Positions 35,143 to 44,237 of a DNA stretch of 64,000 nucleotides are shown one piece after another. Numbering within the stretch: position 1 is the stretch's first letter; each line of letters begins with the position of its first letter. Source of the DNA: Christensenella sp. UBA6880 (GTDB taxonomy: Bacteria; Bacillota; Clostridia; Christensenellales; CAG-917); NCBI GenBank assembly GCA_002449145.1, contig DKCG01000023.1, forward strand, positions 237 to 64,236. Direction: 5' to 3'. The notes beneath the pieces are model-generated. The model did not search any database. It was given only the letters and a program-made list of their open reading frames with translations, and was not told the DNA's origin. Both the position numbers and the translations under genes were made by a program.

Positions 35143-36078
35143 ATGGAATTTGCACACGTACCCGTGATGTTGAACGAATGTCTCGACGGACTGAAAATCA
35201 AGAGCGACGGAATCTACGTCGACGGCACGGTCGGCGGCGCGGGACACTCGATTGAAATCGTCAAGAGGCTCGGCGAGGGCGGAAGGCTCGTTGCTGTGGA
35301 CCGCGACAGCGACGCACTGAAAGCCGCTTCCGAAAGACTCGCACCGTACAAAGACAAAGTTACGTTCGTACACGACGACTACAAAAACCTCATATCCGAA
35401 CTCGATTCGCTCGGGATAGGCGAGGTTGACGGAATCCTGCTCGACCTCGGCGTAAGCAGTTATCAACTGGACAATGCCGAAAGAGGATTCAGTTATATGA
35501 AAGACGCACCGCTCGATATGCGTATGGACAGAGAGCAACCGCTCACCGCCTACGACATCGTGAACGGATACGACGAAAGAGAAATCGCAAACATCCTTTT
35601 CGATTACGGCGAAGAAAAACTTGCAAGAGTGATTGCAAAAAACATAGTCGCAAGAAGAAAGGAAAAACCGATTGAAACCACGCTCGAACTTGCAAAGATA
35701 GTCGAAGACAGTTACCCCGCAAAGACGAGATGGAAATTCGGACACCCGGCAAAGCGCACGTTTCAAGCGATACGCATTGCGGTGAACGGCGAACTCAACG
35801 CTTTGGACGAAGCAATCATGCAAATGGCGCGACGTCTGAAAAAGGGCGGTAGAATGGCGGTTATCACCTTTCATTCGCTCGAAGACAGAATCGTCAAATC
35901 GGCGTTTCGAGAACTCAATCTCTCTTGCACTTGTCCGCCCGACTTTCCCGTGTGTGTATGCGGAAAGGTAAAGGAAGTCGAGTTGGTCAACAAAAAACCG
36001 ATCGTCGCAAGCGAAGAAGAGATGAAAAACAATTCGCGCTCGCAAAGTGCGAAACTCAGAATCGTCGAGCGAGTGTAG
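35143..36078 (+). CDS. rsmH: 16S rRNA (cytosine1402-N4)-methyltransferase RsmH
   Basis: Starts MEFAHVPVML; motifs DGTVGGAGHS, DLGVSS, SLEDR. Start at ATG 35143 rather than ORF-track 34819. Confidence 0.95.
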   Translation: MEFAHVPVMLNECLDGLKIKSDGIYVDGTVGGAGHSIEIVKRLGEGGRLVAVDRDSDALKAASERLAPYKDKVTFVHDDYKNLISELDSLGIGEVDGILLDLGVSSYQLDNAERGFSYMKDAPLDMRMDREQPLTAYDIVNGYDEREIANILFDYGEEKLARVIAKNIVARRKEKPIETTLELAKIVEDSYPAKTRWKFGHPAKRTFQAIRIAVNGELNALDEAIMQMARRLKKGGRMAVITFHSLEDRIVKSAFRELNLSCTCPPDFPVCVCGKVKEVELVNKKPIVASEEEMKNNSRSQSAKLRIVERV

Positions 36079-36211
36079 ACGATAAAGCGGCAAAAGCGAC
36101 AACGAAAAACAAACAAAAACAAAGATAAAAAACTATAAAATTAAAGAGAAGGGAAATCGATATTCTATCAGGGTTAAAAAAAAGAAAATCGATAATCTAA
36201 AAGGGGTAGAT

Positions 36212-36994
36212 ATGGCAATCACATTAGACGAATTGTTGGGCAGAAACACAAGAGAAGTCGCAAGCGGCAGCGTTGAGAGTTTTCCCTCTTACGAAGACTT
36301 CAAGACTTCGCGCGCAAATCAATATACGCAAGCGCAACCCGTTCAAAACTCGCGTTACAATTTCGATATGGCACCTGCAAGGGAAGTCCGTTCGACCGAG
36401 AGTGTGAGAAACTACGAAGCGTCGCGTCCTTACGTCGCGCCGCAAGCCGTCGAATACCAACAAAGAGAATATCCCTTCTACGATTCTTTGCAACAAAGAG
36501 CGCAATACGCGCCCGTTCAATATCAAGAGCAAGCACCCGTTCAAACTTACGACCAAGTGCAATACGCCGAGCCGCAAGTTCGTCAATCCGCACCCGCACA
36601 CCAAGGTTTCTACGAGTTCACGGCTCAGGACACCGAGAGAGCGAGCGATCATGAACTTTACGCAAGACTTGCTCACACCGATATGAGCAACACGCCCGTA
36701 TTCGAGGATAACGCTCAACAAGCGGCAGGGCGCATGGGACTTTTTGCTCGTAAGGCTCAAAAAACGCAAAACGTCAGCGAACAAAAACAACGCGCTCGTC
36801 TCAACACGAAAGGCAAAATCATACTCGGCGTATATCTTGCCGTAATCGCGCTCGTTGCGTCGCTCATCATCGTAAACGCAACCAAAATCAATCAAGGCAA
36901 GGCGGTTACGCCAACTTCGCAAATAAAAGCGAGCCAAGAAGCGAATAATACGGAATCTTTTGCAATAGATTCTCAATATGAAGTTCGCGTATAA
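36212..36994 (+). CDS. Single-pass membrane protein in the ftsL position (long Q/Y/P-rich cytoplasmic N-region)
   Basis: 260 aa; RBS AAAGGGG; about 200 aa low-complexity N-region (repeated Y..Q.. motifs), one TM helix (ILGVYLAVIALVASLIIV), about 45-aa external tail. Positional analogue of FtsL, but the architecture is atypical. Confidence 0.55.
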   Translation: MAITLDELLGRNTREVASGSVESFPSYEDFKTSRANQYTQAQPVQNSRYNFDMAPAREVRSTESVRNYEASRPYVAPQAVEYQQREYPFYDSLQQRAQYAPVQYQEQAPVQTYDQVQYAEPQVRQSAPAHQGFYEFTAQDTERASDHELYARLAHTDMSNTPVFEDNAQQAAGRMGLFARKAQKTQNVSEQKQRARLNTKGKIILGVYLAVIALVASLIIVNATKINQGKAVTPTSQIKASQEANNTESFAIDSQYEVRV

Positions 36995-38912
36995 ATCAAA
37001 AAAGCATACAAAACCCAATCTTCTTTATAATCCAACAAAAAGGCTGTCGGCAATTCTATTGCTGATGGTCTTTTTGTTTGTGGGAATATTCGCCAAAATG
37101 TTTGCGGTGATAGTTGTCGAGGGCGAATCCTTGCAAGTTAAAGCGGTGGATCAATGGCTTCGCGACGTGCCTACCGACGCGCCGAGAGGGCAGATTCTCG
37201 ACAAAAACGGAAAGGTGCTTGCTTCGACTTCCACGAGATACAATCTGTACGTTCGCCCGAGCAGCACGCCCGACAAAGAAGCGGTTGCAACCTTATTGTG
37301 CGACGTTTTCGGCTATCCTTACGACAGCACTCTCGAAAAGATTTCAAAGCGCACGAGCGAAGTTGCCGTAGCAACGAAAGCGACCAAAGAGCAACTCAAC
37401 AGAATATACGAGTCGGGACTCAAAGGAATCTACTATTCAGAGGACAACTATCGCTATTATCCCTACGGCGATTTTATGACGCAAGTGCTGGGATTTTGTT
37501 CGAGCGACGGATTCGGACAGACGGGACTGGAAGCCTACTACGACAAATATCTGACAGGTGTAAACGGCAAGATTTTGACGGAAACCGACCTCGTGGGGCG
37601 GTCGCTCGACAAGGAATCGGGATATTATTTGCCCGCGGTTGCGGGACTCGACGTGAAAACCACGCTCGACGCAGGCATACAGAGCATAGTCGAAGGCGCG
37701 GTGCGCAACGCGGTTGCTAAATTCAATCCCAAAGGGGTTGCCTGCATAGTTATGGACTATTCAAACGGCGGAATTGCCGCGCTTTGCGAATATCCGTCTT
37801 TCGACTTAAACAACGTGCCGCGCGACGATTTGACGTTGCTGTTTGAAAGTTCAAAGAGCCGCATAATTTCAACGGTATACGAACCGGGGTCTACGTTCAA
37901 AATTCTGACGTCTGCCGCCGCACTCGATTCGGGCAAAGTACACACGAGCGACAGATTCTATTGCGCGGGGTCGAAAGTGGTGGACGGCAAGAAAATCCGA
38001 TGTTGGAAAGCGAAAGGTCACGGCTCAATCGATTTCGGACAAGGGGTCGAGGGCAGTTGCAACTGCGTGTTTATGGAATGTGCTTTGCGAATGGGGACGA
38101 ACTCGTTTTACGACTATTTGTCCGCGTTCGGTCTTACTCGAAAAACGGGCGTGGATATGACGGGTGAAACGAGCGGAATATTCATTGACCGCAATCTCGT
38201 CAAAAACGTAGACCTTGCTCGTATAGGCTTCGGACAAGCGGTCGCGGTTACGCCGATAGGGCTTTTGGCTTCGACTTCGAGCGTGATAAACGGCGGAATC
38301 AAGGTTACGCCGCACGTTATGAGCGAGGTGAAATCAAATTCGCAAACGATTGCGAGTTACTCGCTTTTTAGCGGCGATAGGGTTATATCCGAATCCGCAT
38401 CGAACACTATGCGCGAACTTTTGCAACGCGTCGTCACGACGGGAAGCGGTAAGGGCGCGTACGTTCCCGGGTATAAGATACTCGGCAAAACGGGTACGGC
38501 GCAAAAGTACGAAAACGGTCAGATTGCAAGAGGAAAGTATATATCGTCCTTTCTCGGATTTTCGGTGAGCGAGGGAGCGAATTACGGCGTGCTTTTTATA
38601 GTTGACGAGCCGCAAGGGTATATCTATTACGGTTCGCTCGTTGCCGCGCCAATGGTGGGCGACATATTCGAGAGCGTGTTCGCCTACCTCGGAATCGAGC
38701 CGCAGTATACGGGCGAGGAAAAAGAGGTTATCGGCGAGGAATTTATCCTTCCGTCCTTTGCGGGTATGAGCGTAAACGAAGCGAAAAATCAACTTCGCAA
38801 ACTCGGATTGTACTGCGAAACGGACGGCGAGGGCAACGTCGTTACGGGGCAATATCCGCTCGCGGGGGTGAAAGTGGACAAGCGAAACGCCGTGCTGTTG
38901 CTGACCGAATAA
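36978..38912 (+). CDS. Class B penicillin-binding protein (FtsI / SpoVD / PBP2B-like) with one PASTA domain
   Basis: 644 aa; N-terminal TM anchor, dimerisation domain, transpeptidase motifs STFK, SCN, KTGT, C-terminal PASTA. Confidence 0.92.
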   Translation: MKFAYKSKKHTKPNLLYNPTKRLSAILLLMVFLFVGIFAKMFAVIVVEGESLQVKAVDQWLRDVPTDAPRGQILDKNGKVLASTSTRYNLYVRPSSTPDKEAVATLLCDVFGYPYDSTLEKISKRTSEVAVATKATKEQLNRIYESGLKGIYYSEDNYRYYPYGDFMTQVLGFCSSDGFGQTGLEAYYDKYLTGVNGKILTETDLVGRSLDKESGYYLPAVAGLDVKTTLDAGIQSIVEGAVRNAVAKFNPKGVACIVMDYSNGGIAALCEYPSFDLNNVPRDDLTLLFESSKSRIISTVYEPGSTFKILTSAAALDSGKVHTSDRFYCAGSKVVDGKKIRCWKAKGHGSIDFGQGVEGSCNCVFMECALRMGTNSFYDYLSAFGLTRKTGVDMTGETSGIFIDRNLVKNVDLARIGFGQAVAVTPIGLLASTSSVINGGIKVTPHVMSEVKSNSQTIASYSLFSGDRVISESASNTMRELLQRVVTTGSGKGAYVPGYKILGKTGTAQKYENGQIARGKYISSFLGFSVSEGANYGVLFIVDEPQGYIYYGSLVAAPMVGDIFESVFAYLGIEPQYTGEEKEVIGEEFILPSFAGMSVNEAKNQLRKLGLYCETDGEGNVVTGQYPLAGVKVDKRNAVLLLTE

Positions 38913-38950
38913 AGCGAAAAGATTTTCCGTTTTTGTCTAAGATTGCGGTT

Positions 38951-38996
38951 GGGTTGATAATGTTTTCTACACTCATTATTATGAGTGTATCAACCC
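38951..38996 (+). other. Stable hairpin immediately 5' of the murE Shine-Dalgarno
   Basis: GGGTTGAT/ATCAACCC stacked on ACACTCAT-TATT-ATGAGTGT, with a 10-nt 5' bulge; GGAGGA starts 4 nt downstream; no U-tract. Confidence 0.45.
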
Positions 38997-39012
38997 TTGG
39001 AGGACGCAACTT

Positions 39013-40446
39013 ATGAAACTTGAAAACTTGCTTTACGGCGTAGAGATTCAAAAGACGAACGCGGATTTGAGCGCGGAAATAAAAGAGATAAAAATCGATT
39101 CGAGAAAGGTTGAGGACGGCGATTTGTTCGTATGTCTCGAGGGCGTGAACGACGACGGCAACAACCATCTTTGCGAAATAGATTGCGATTTTATCGCGCT
39201 CACTCAAAAAGAACCCGAAAGCGGAAAATACGTTCTCGTAACCGACGCGCGCAAAGCGTACGCGCAAGTTTGTCAGAACCGTTTTTTGCGCCCGATGGAA
39301 GGTATGAAATTCATTGCGGTCGTGGGTACGAACGGCAAAACCTCGACGGCGCATTATATAGATTCCGTTCTGACGTTCGCGGGCGTAAAAACGGGACTTA
39401 TCGGCACGGAAGGTCACTATATTCTCGGCGAAAAGGTGGGACAGAGCCTCACAACGCCCGACCCGTACGAACTCAACGAACTGTTTTTCAAAATGCGCAC
39501 GAGGGGCATCGAAGTTGTGATTGCCGAAGTCAGCGCGCACGCCATATATCTCGAAAAACTCGGCGATTTGAAAGCGGACGTTGCGATTTTGACGAACGTA
39601 TCGCAAGACCATCTCGACTATTTCAAAGATTTTTCCAACTATCAAAGCGTAAAAATGTCCTATTTCGAAAACGGCAACGCAAAGACGGCGATAGTAAACG
39701 TAGACGACGAAAGCGGTCGCATACTTTTGTCGAGGTTGGAAGGAAGAAAGGATATAAAAACCCTAAGTTACGGCTTGTACAATCCCGCCGATTGTTTTGC
39801 GGTGAACGTCGTCGAGGACATAGATGGCGTGAAGTTCGTCGCAAATCTCAACGACGAGATAATCGACGTCAAATCCTCGCTTTTCGGCGAGTTTAACGTA
39901 TACAATCTTTTGGGCGCGATGAGCGTTGCCTACGAACTCGGCATAGACGGCGAAACCATAATGCACGCGGTGAGGAAAATCAAGGCGGTAAAGGGCAGGT
40001 TTTCCGTTTTACACACCGAAAAAGGCACGATAATAGTCGATTTTGCACATACTCCCGAGGGGTTGAAGAATCTTTTGTCAACGGCGAGAACGATTACCAA
40101 ATCGAGGCTTATAACCTTGTTCGGTTGCGGCGGCGAGCGCGACAAAACAAAGCGCGCGGCAATGGGTAAAATCGCCTCGAAATACAGCGATTATATAATT
40201 TTGACGAGCGACAATCCCCGAAGCGAGGACGCTTTCGACATAATCAAGCAAATCGAGTGGGGCGTGACGATAAAGGACGTAAAGTGTATCGTCGACAGAC
40301 CCGAAGCGGTCAGATTCGCACTTTCGGAAATGGAAGAAGGCGACACCCTCGTGCTTGCGGGCAAGGGCAACGAAAACTATCTCGAAATTAAGGGTAAAAA
40401 GATTCCGTACAGCGATTTCGATATGATTGCGAGGTACGCAAGGTGA
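39013..40446 (+). CDS. murE: UDP-N-acetylmuramoyl-L-alanyl-D-glutamate--2,6-diaminopimelate ligase
   Basis: 477 aa; P-loop GTNGKTST; DNPR motif (TSDNPRSED) characteristic of meso-DAP-adding MurE. Confidence 0.93.
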   Translation: MKLENLLYGVEIQKTNADLSAEIKEIKIDSRKVEDGDLFVCLEGVNDDGNNHLCEIDCDFIALTQKEPESGKYVLVTDARKAYAQVCQNRFLRPMEGMKFIAVVGTNGKTSTAHYIDSVLTFAGVKTGLIGTEGHYILGEKVGQSLTTPDPYELNELFFKMRTRGIEVVIAEVSAHAIYLEKLGDLKADVAILTNVSQDHLDYFKDFSNYQSVKMSYFENGNAKTAIVNVDDESGRILLSRLEGRKDIKTLSYGLYNPADCFAVNVVEDIDGVKFVANLNDEIIDVKSSLFGEFNVYNLLGAMSVAYELGIDGETIMHAVRKIKAVKGRFSVLHTEKGTIIVDFAHTPEGLKNLLSTARTITKSRLITLFGCGGERDKTKRAAMGKIASKYSDYIILTSDNPRSEDAFDIIKQIEWGVTIKDVKCIVDRPEAVRFALSEMEEGDTLVLAGKGNENYLEIKGKKIPYSDFDMIARYAR

Positions 40447-41444
40447 GCGCGCTCGTAAAGATTTTGTTGTATTTTATATCGTCGGTCGCGCTCTCGCTTA
40501 TGGTTGCGCCGCTCGTCATAAAACTGATGAGCAAACTGAAAGCAAAGCAAACCGTTCTCGGCTACGTCAAACAGCACGAGTACAAGAGCGGAACGCCCAC
40601 TATGGGCGGATTTATATTTTTGCTTCCGACGCTCGTGTTTTCCCTCGTGGAATTTCAGCGATTCTCGCTCGTGGCGATAGCGGTCACGTTCGGTTTTTGC
40701 GTGTTGGGATTTCTCGACGATTTCATAAAAATCCGCTACGCCCGCAATCTCGGCTTAAAGCCCTATCAGAAGATAATCGGGCAACTCGGACTCAGTTTTG
40801 CAGCGGGTTGGTTCGTGTACGCGTCAAAGGACATCGGCGCGGCAATAAATTTGCCGTTTACGACCTGTACGCTGAATATGAGTTGGGGGATAATTCCTTT
40901 CGTCGTGCTTGCCTACGTCGCAACGACTAATTGCGTGAATCTCACCGACGGACTGGACGGACTTGCGGGCTATTCGTCGGTGGCGTACTTTTTGTGGTTT
41001 GCTATGCTCTTGTACTTCGTTTACGACGACGCGATAAAGAGCGGCGACGGCGATTACGCAAAAGAAATTCTGTCACTTTGCGTTTTCTGCGTGTCTATTT
41101 TGGGCGGATTGCTCGGATATTTGGTGTTCAACGGATTCCCCGCAAAGATAATGATGGGCGACACGGGTTCGCTTGCTTTGGGCGCGGCGTGCGCAACGGT
41201 CGCGATTTTTTCAAAAAATCCGCTTTTAATCGTCACATCGGGCATAATGTACGTCGTATCGGGCATATCAGTTATATTGCAGGTGCTTTACTACAAACTC
41301 ACGAAGAAACGCATTTTTCTTATGGCGCCGTTTCATCACCATTTAGAGATGAAAGGCTACCATGAGTCTAAAATCGTGACGATATATTTTGTGGCGAGTA
41401 TGGTAGGGGGCGCGCTGACGCTGATATTTGCGAGGGCAATATGA
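40443..41444 (+). CDS. mraY: Phospho-N-acetylmuramoyl-pentapeptide transferase
   Basis: 333 aa; polytopic; motifs TPTMGG, NLTDGLDGLA, MGDTGSLALG. GTG start overlaps the murE stop. Confidence 0.95.
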   Translation: MSALVKILLYFISSVALSLMVAPLVIKLMSKLKAKQTVLGYVKQHEYKSGTPTMGGFIFLLPTLVFSLVEFQRFSLVAIAVTFGFCVLGFLDDFIKIRYARNLGLKPYQKIIGQLGLSFAAGWFVYASKDIGAAINLPFTTCTLNMSWGIIPFVVLAYVATTNCVNLTDGLDGLAGYSSVAYFLWFAMLLYFVYDDAIKSGDGDYAKEILSLCVFCVSILGGLLGYLVFNGFPAKIMMGDTGSLALGAACATVAIFSKNPLLIVTSGIMYVVSGISVILQVLYYKLTKKRIFLMAPFHHHLEMKGYHESKIVTIYFVASMVGGALTLIFARAI

Positions 41445-42745
41445 AACTTGTCGGCAGAAACGTCGTTGTATACGGCGCGGGAGCGAGCGGTATTTCCGCA
41501 TACGAATTGTTGATAGAAAAGGGCGCGAGGGCGATAGTTTACGACGACGATCCGACGCGCGAGCGAGCGACGAGCAGCATAAGCGTATTCAAGGACGCCG
41601 ATTTAATCGTGTTGAGCCCGGGGGTAAATCCCGACAAAGATTTCCTTTTGGACGCGAGGCTTGAAAACAAAACCGTCACGAGCGAGTTGAATCTCGCTTC
41701 GAGCGTGTGCGTTGCCGAGCAAATCGCAATCACGGGAACGAACGGCAAAACCACTACTACGCTGCTTATCGACCACATTCTCAAAAGAGCGGGAATACAC
41801 TCGCACGCCGTAGGCAATATAGGCGTGCCGTTTTCCTCGATTGCCGACAAACTCGACGCAACCGAAACGGCTGTTATCGAAGCGAGCAGTTACCAACTCG
41901 AAAACAGCGCGGGATTTTCGCCGGATATTGCGGTGTTGCTCAACATAAAACCCGACCATTTGACCCGCCACGCGACGATGAAAAACTACGTCAACGCAAA
42001 GGCAAATATTTTCCGCGCGCAGAGCGAGAGCGACTATCTCGTGTTCAACGCCGACGACGAAGAAGTTGCAAACGTCGTTTGCGAGGCGGTATCTCGAAAA
42101 GTGCCGTTTTCGATTGAGCATACCGAGCCGAGCGGCGCGTACATTTCGTCGGGATTCGTATGCTTCAGAGGCAATCCCGTCATACCCGTCGAGGAAATCG
42201 ACTTCAAGGGCGACGAACTTCAAAACGTACTCGCGGCGGTTGCGGTGTGTATGATAAAGGGCGTGTCGGCTTTCTGCACGGCTTCCGCGCTTGCCGACTT
42301 CAAACGTCCGCATTATCGCAGACAACTCATAGCGATTGCCGAGGGCGTGTACGTCTACAACGACAGCAAGTCCACCAACGTGTCCGCGTGCTTGTGCGCG
42401 TGTTCGAGCGTGGGCGATTGCGTGCTTATGCTCGGCGGACAAAAGGGCGGCGAGGACTTTGTAAACTTGTTTTCCCACTTGCCGAGCAACGTCAAAGCGG
42501 TCACGGCGCAAGGCGAAAACGCAGACGTCATATACGAGGCGGCAAAAACTTGCGGCTTTGCCGACGTGCGAGTTTGCGACAGCCTTGAAAGCGCAATATC
42601 CGAAGCGTTCGAGGCGGCAAAAGAACTCAAATGCGAAAGCATACTTTTCTCGCCCGCAAGCAAGAGTTTCGATTTGTACGAAAACTTCGAAGAACGAGCG
42701 GAAAAATTCGATTCGCAGATAGCGAATTATCTCTCGAAAAGATGA
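41441..42745 (+). CDS. murD: UDP-N-acetylmuramoylalanine--D-glutamate ligase
   Basis: 434 aa; N-terminal Rossmann VYGAGASG, P-loop GTNGKTTT; start overlaps the mraY stop. Confidence 0.93.
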   Translation: MKLVGRNVVVYGAGASGISAYELLIEKGARAIVYDDDPTRERATSSISVFKDADLIVLSPGVNPDKDFLLDARLENKTVTSELNLASSVCVAEQIAITGTNGKTTTTLLIDHILKRAGIHSHAVGNIGVPFSSIADKLDATETAVIEASSYQLENSAGFSPDIAVLLNIKPDHLTRHATMKNYVNAKANIFRAQSESDYLVFNADDEEVANVVCEAVSRKVPFSIEHTEPSGAYISSGFVCFRGNPVIPVEEIDFKGDELQNVLAAVAVCMIKGVSAFCTASALADFKRPHYRRQLIAIAEGVYVYNDSKSTNVSACLCACSSVGDCVLMLGGQKGGEDFVNLFSHLPSNVKAVTAQGENADVIYEAAKTCGFADVRVCDSLESAISEAFEAAKELKCESILFSPASKSFDLYENFEERAEKFDSQIANYLSKR

Positions 42746-44208
42746 ATCGCGCAAACGCTTTCGACACGCACTCGCAAGTCGCGAGCGCAAGCGAGCGCGC
42801 ATACCCGAGTGTGAGCGAACATACGAGCGTTCATACAAGCGCAATCACGTATGCGAGCGATACTGCACGTGCGGGCAATCACGCAAACGCAAGTTCGGGC
42901 GAGCGCACGCGCAATTCACGTGCGCATAGCGCAGATACCCGTAGCGCACGCGCCGAAAGTGCGCACGCAGAGCGAGCATATGCGGACGAGCGGGCGCGCG
43001 CTTTGCGCACGCCTCGCACACACTCTCGCGCAAGAGAGAAGCGCGCATACGGCAGACTCGGCAAGGCGGAACGTGTGCCGTCGCTTTCCTTTGTCGGAAA
43101 CGGCAGAGGGGATTACGTTCTTTCGATAGTTGCGATATTGCTCAGTCTTTTGGGGCTTTTGTTCATATATTCCGCTTCTTGCTACTCGGCAAAAGTGCAG
43201 ACGGGCGACGCTTTTCATTATGTCAAAACGCAAGCGGTCGCATTGATTATCGGCGTATTTTCGAGCGTGCTTTTGTCGAACGTCAAATCCTCGACTCTCA
43301 AAAAGGTTTCGCCGCTTTTGTATCTCGTCGGACTCGCGCTTCTCGGTATGGTTTTTCTTCCCGTGTTGGGCGTTGAAAGTTACGGCGCGAAAAGATGGCT
43401 CGATCTCGGATTTTTCACCATACAACCAAGCGAATACGCCAAGTTTTTTATGGTTATGGCGATTGCACGATTCGCAAGCGAAGCGGATATGAAAAAGTTT
43501 GTCAACGTGCTGTTCGTCTTGTTTTCGGGCGGCGCGGTGTGCGTGCTTATTATGCTCGAACCCAATATGTCCATAACTATGTGTGTGGTGGCGGTGGTGT
43601 TCGCAATGCTGTTCGCAAGCGGCGCGAGGATAAAACATCTTGCGCTTTTAATCGTGCCCGTCGTACTCGGCGCGGTCGCTCTGATACTCGTCGAACCCTA
43701 TCGTATGCAACGGCTTTTGGCGTTTCTCGACCCGTGGCAATCGCCGCTCGAGGAAGGCTATCAACTCATTCAATCCTACTATGCGCTCGGAAGCGGCGGA
43801 CTTTTCGGCGTAGGACTGTTTCAATCGAGGCAAAAGTATCTGTTTTTGCCTTTTGCGGAAAGCGATTTCATCTTGTCGATAGTTGGCGAGGAAACGGGCA
43901 TATTCGGCATAGCGGCGATTATGATTTTGTTTTTCGTATTCGCAAAGCGAGGGCTGAAAATCGCAAGAGAGGCGTCTAACAGATATTCGTGCTATCTCGC
44001 GCTCGGCATAACTGCGGTTACGAGCATACAGGCAATGCTCAATATGGCGGTGGTATGCGGCGCGATACCGCCGACGGGACTTCCGTTGCCGTTTATGAGC
44101 GCGGGGGGAAGTTCGCTCGTAGCGTACTTGTGCGCGGTGGGCGTATTGCAGAGTATCGCAAGAAATTCCGCACCGTATCTTCAACCGACTTCGTTTGCGA
44201 AACCATAA
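42742..44208 (+). CDS. ftsW: SEDS-family peptidoglycan glycosyltransferase FtsW/SpoVE (with a questionable 111-aa N-terminal extension)
   Basis: Core from about 43075 is a typical 10-TM FtsW/RodA/SpoVE (YSASCY..., PEFAK-like SEYAKF, GLPLPFMSAGGSS). ATG 42742 overlaps the murD stop (ATGA). An alternative GTG at 43075 behind AAGGCGGA would give a normal 377-aa protein. Confidence 0.85.
   Translation: MNRANAFDTHSQVASASERAYPSVSEHTSVHTSAITYASDTARAGNHANASSGERTRNSRAHSADTRSARAESAHAERAYADERARALRTPRTHSRAREKRAYGRLGKAERVPSLSFVGNGRGDYVLSIVAILLSLLGLLFIYSASCYSAKVQTGDAFHYVKTQAVALIIGVFSSVLLSNVKSSTLKKVSPLLYLVGLALLGMVFLPVLGVESYGAKRWLDLGFFTIQPSEYAKFFMVMAIARFASEADMKKFVNVLFVLFSGGAVCVLIMLEPNMSITMCVVAVVFAMLFASGARIKHLALLIVPVVLGAVALILVEPYRMQRLLAFLDPWQSPLEEGYQLIQSYYALGSGGLFGVGLFQSRQKYLFLPFAESDFILSIVGEETGIFGIAAIMILFFVFAKRGLKIAREASNRYSCYLALGITAVTSIQAMLNMAVVCGAIPPTGLPLPFMSAGGSSLVAYLCAVGVLQSIARNSAPYLQPTSFAKP
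42746..43074 (+). other. GC-rich low-complexity tract made of short GCGCAC/CGTGCG palindromes, open in all six frames
   Basis: The ORF track shows overlapping ORFs in several frames on both strands. Multiple 6-9 bp hairpins, e.g. GCGCACG-N9-CGTGCGC, GCGCAC-N9-GTGCGC, CTCTC-N6-GAGAG. Confidence 0.6.
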
Positions 44209-44237
44209 CACGACCAACGGTCGAAATGCGAGGAATT

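Noticed and set aside
42845-43129. Independent small genes in the GC-rich tract (ORFs 42845..43048-, 42851..43129+, 42879..43064-)
   Set aside because: All six frames are open only because the tract lacks A/T-rich stop triplets. There are no RBSs, and the products are Arg/Ala homopolymer-like.
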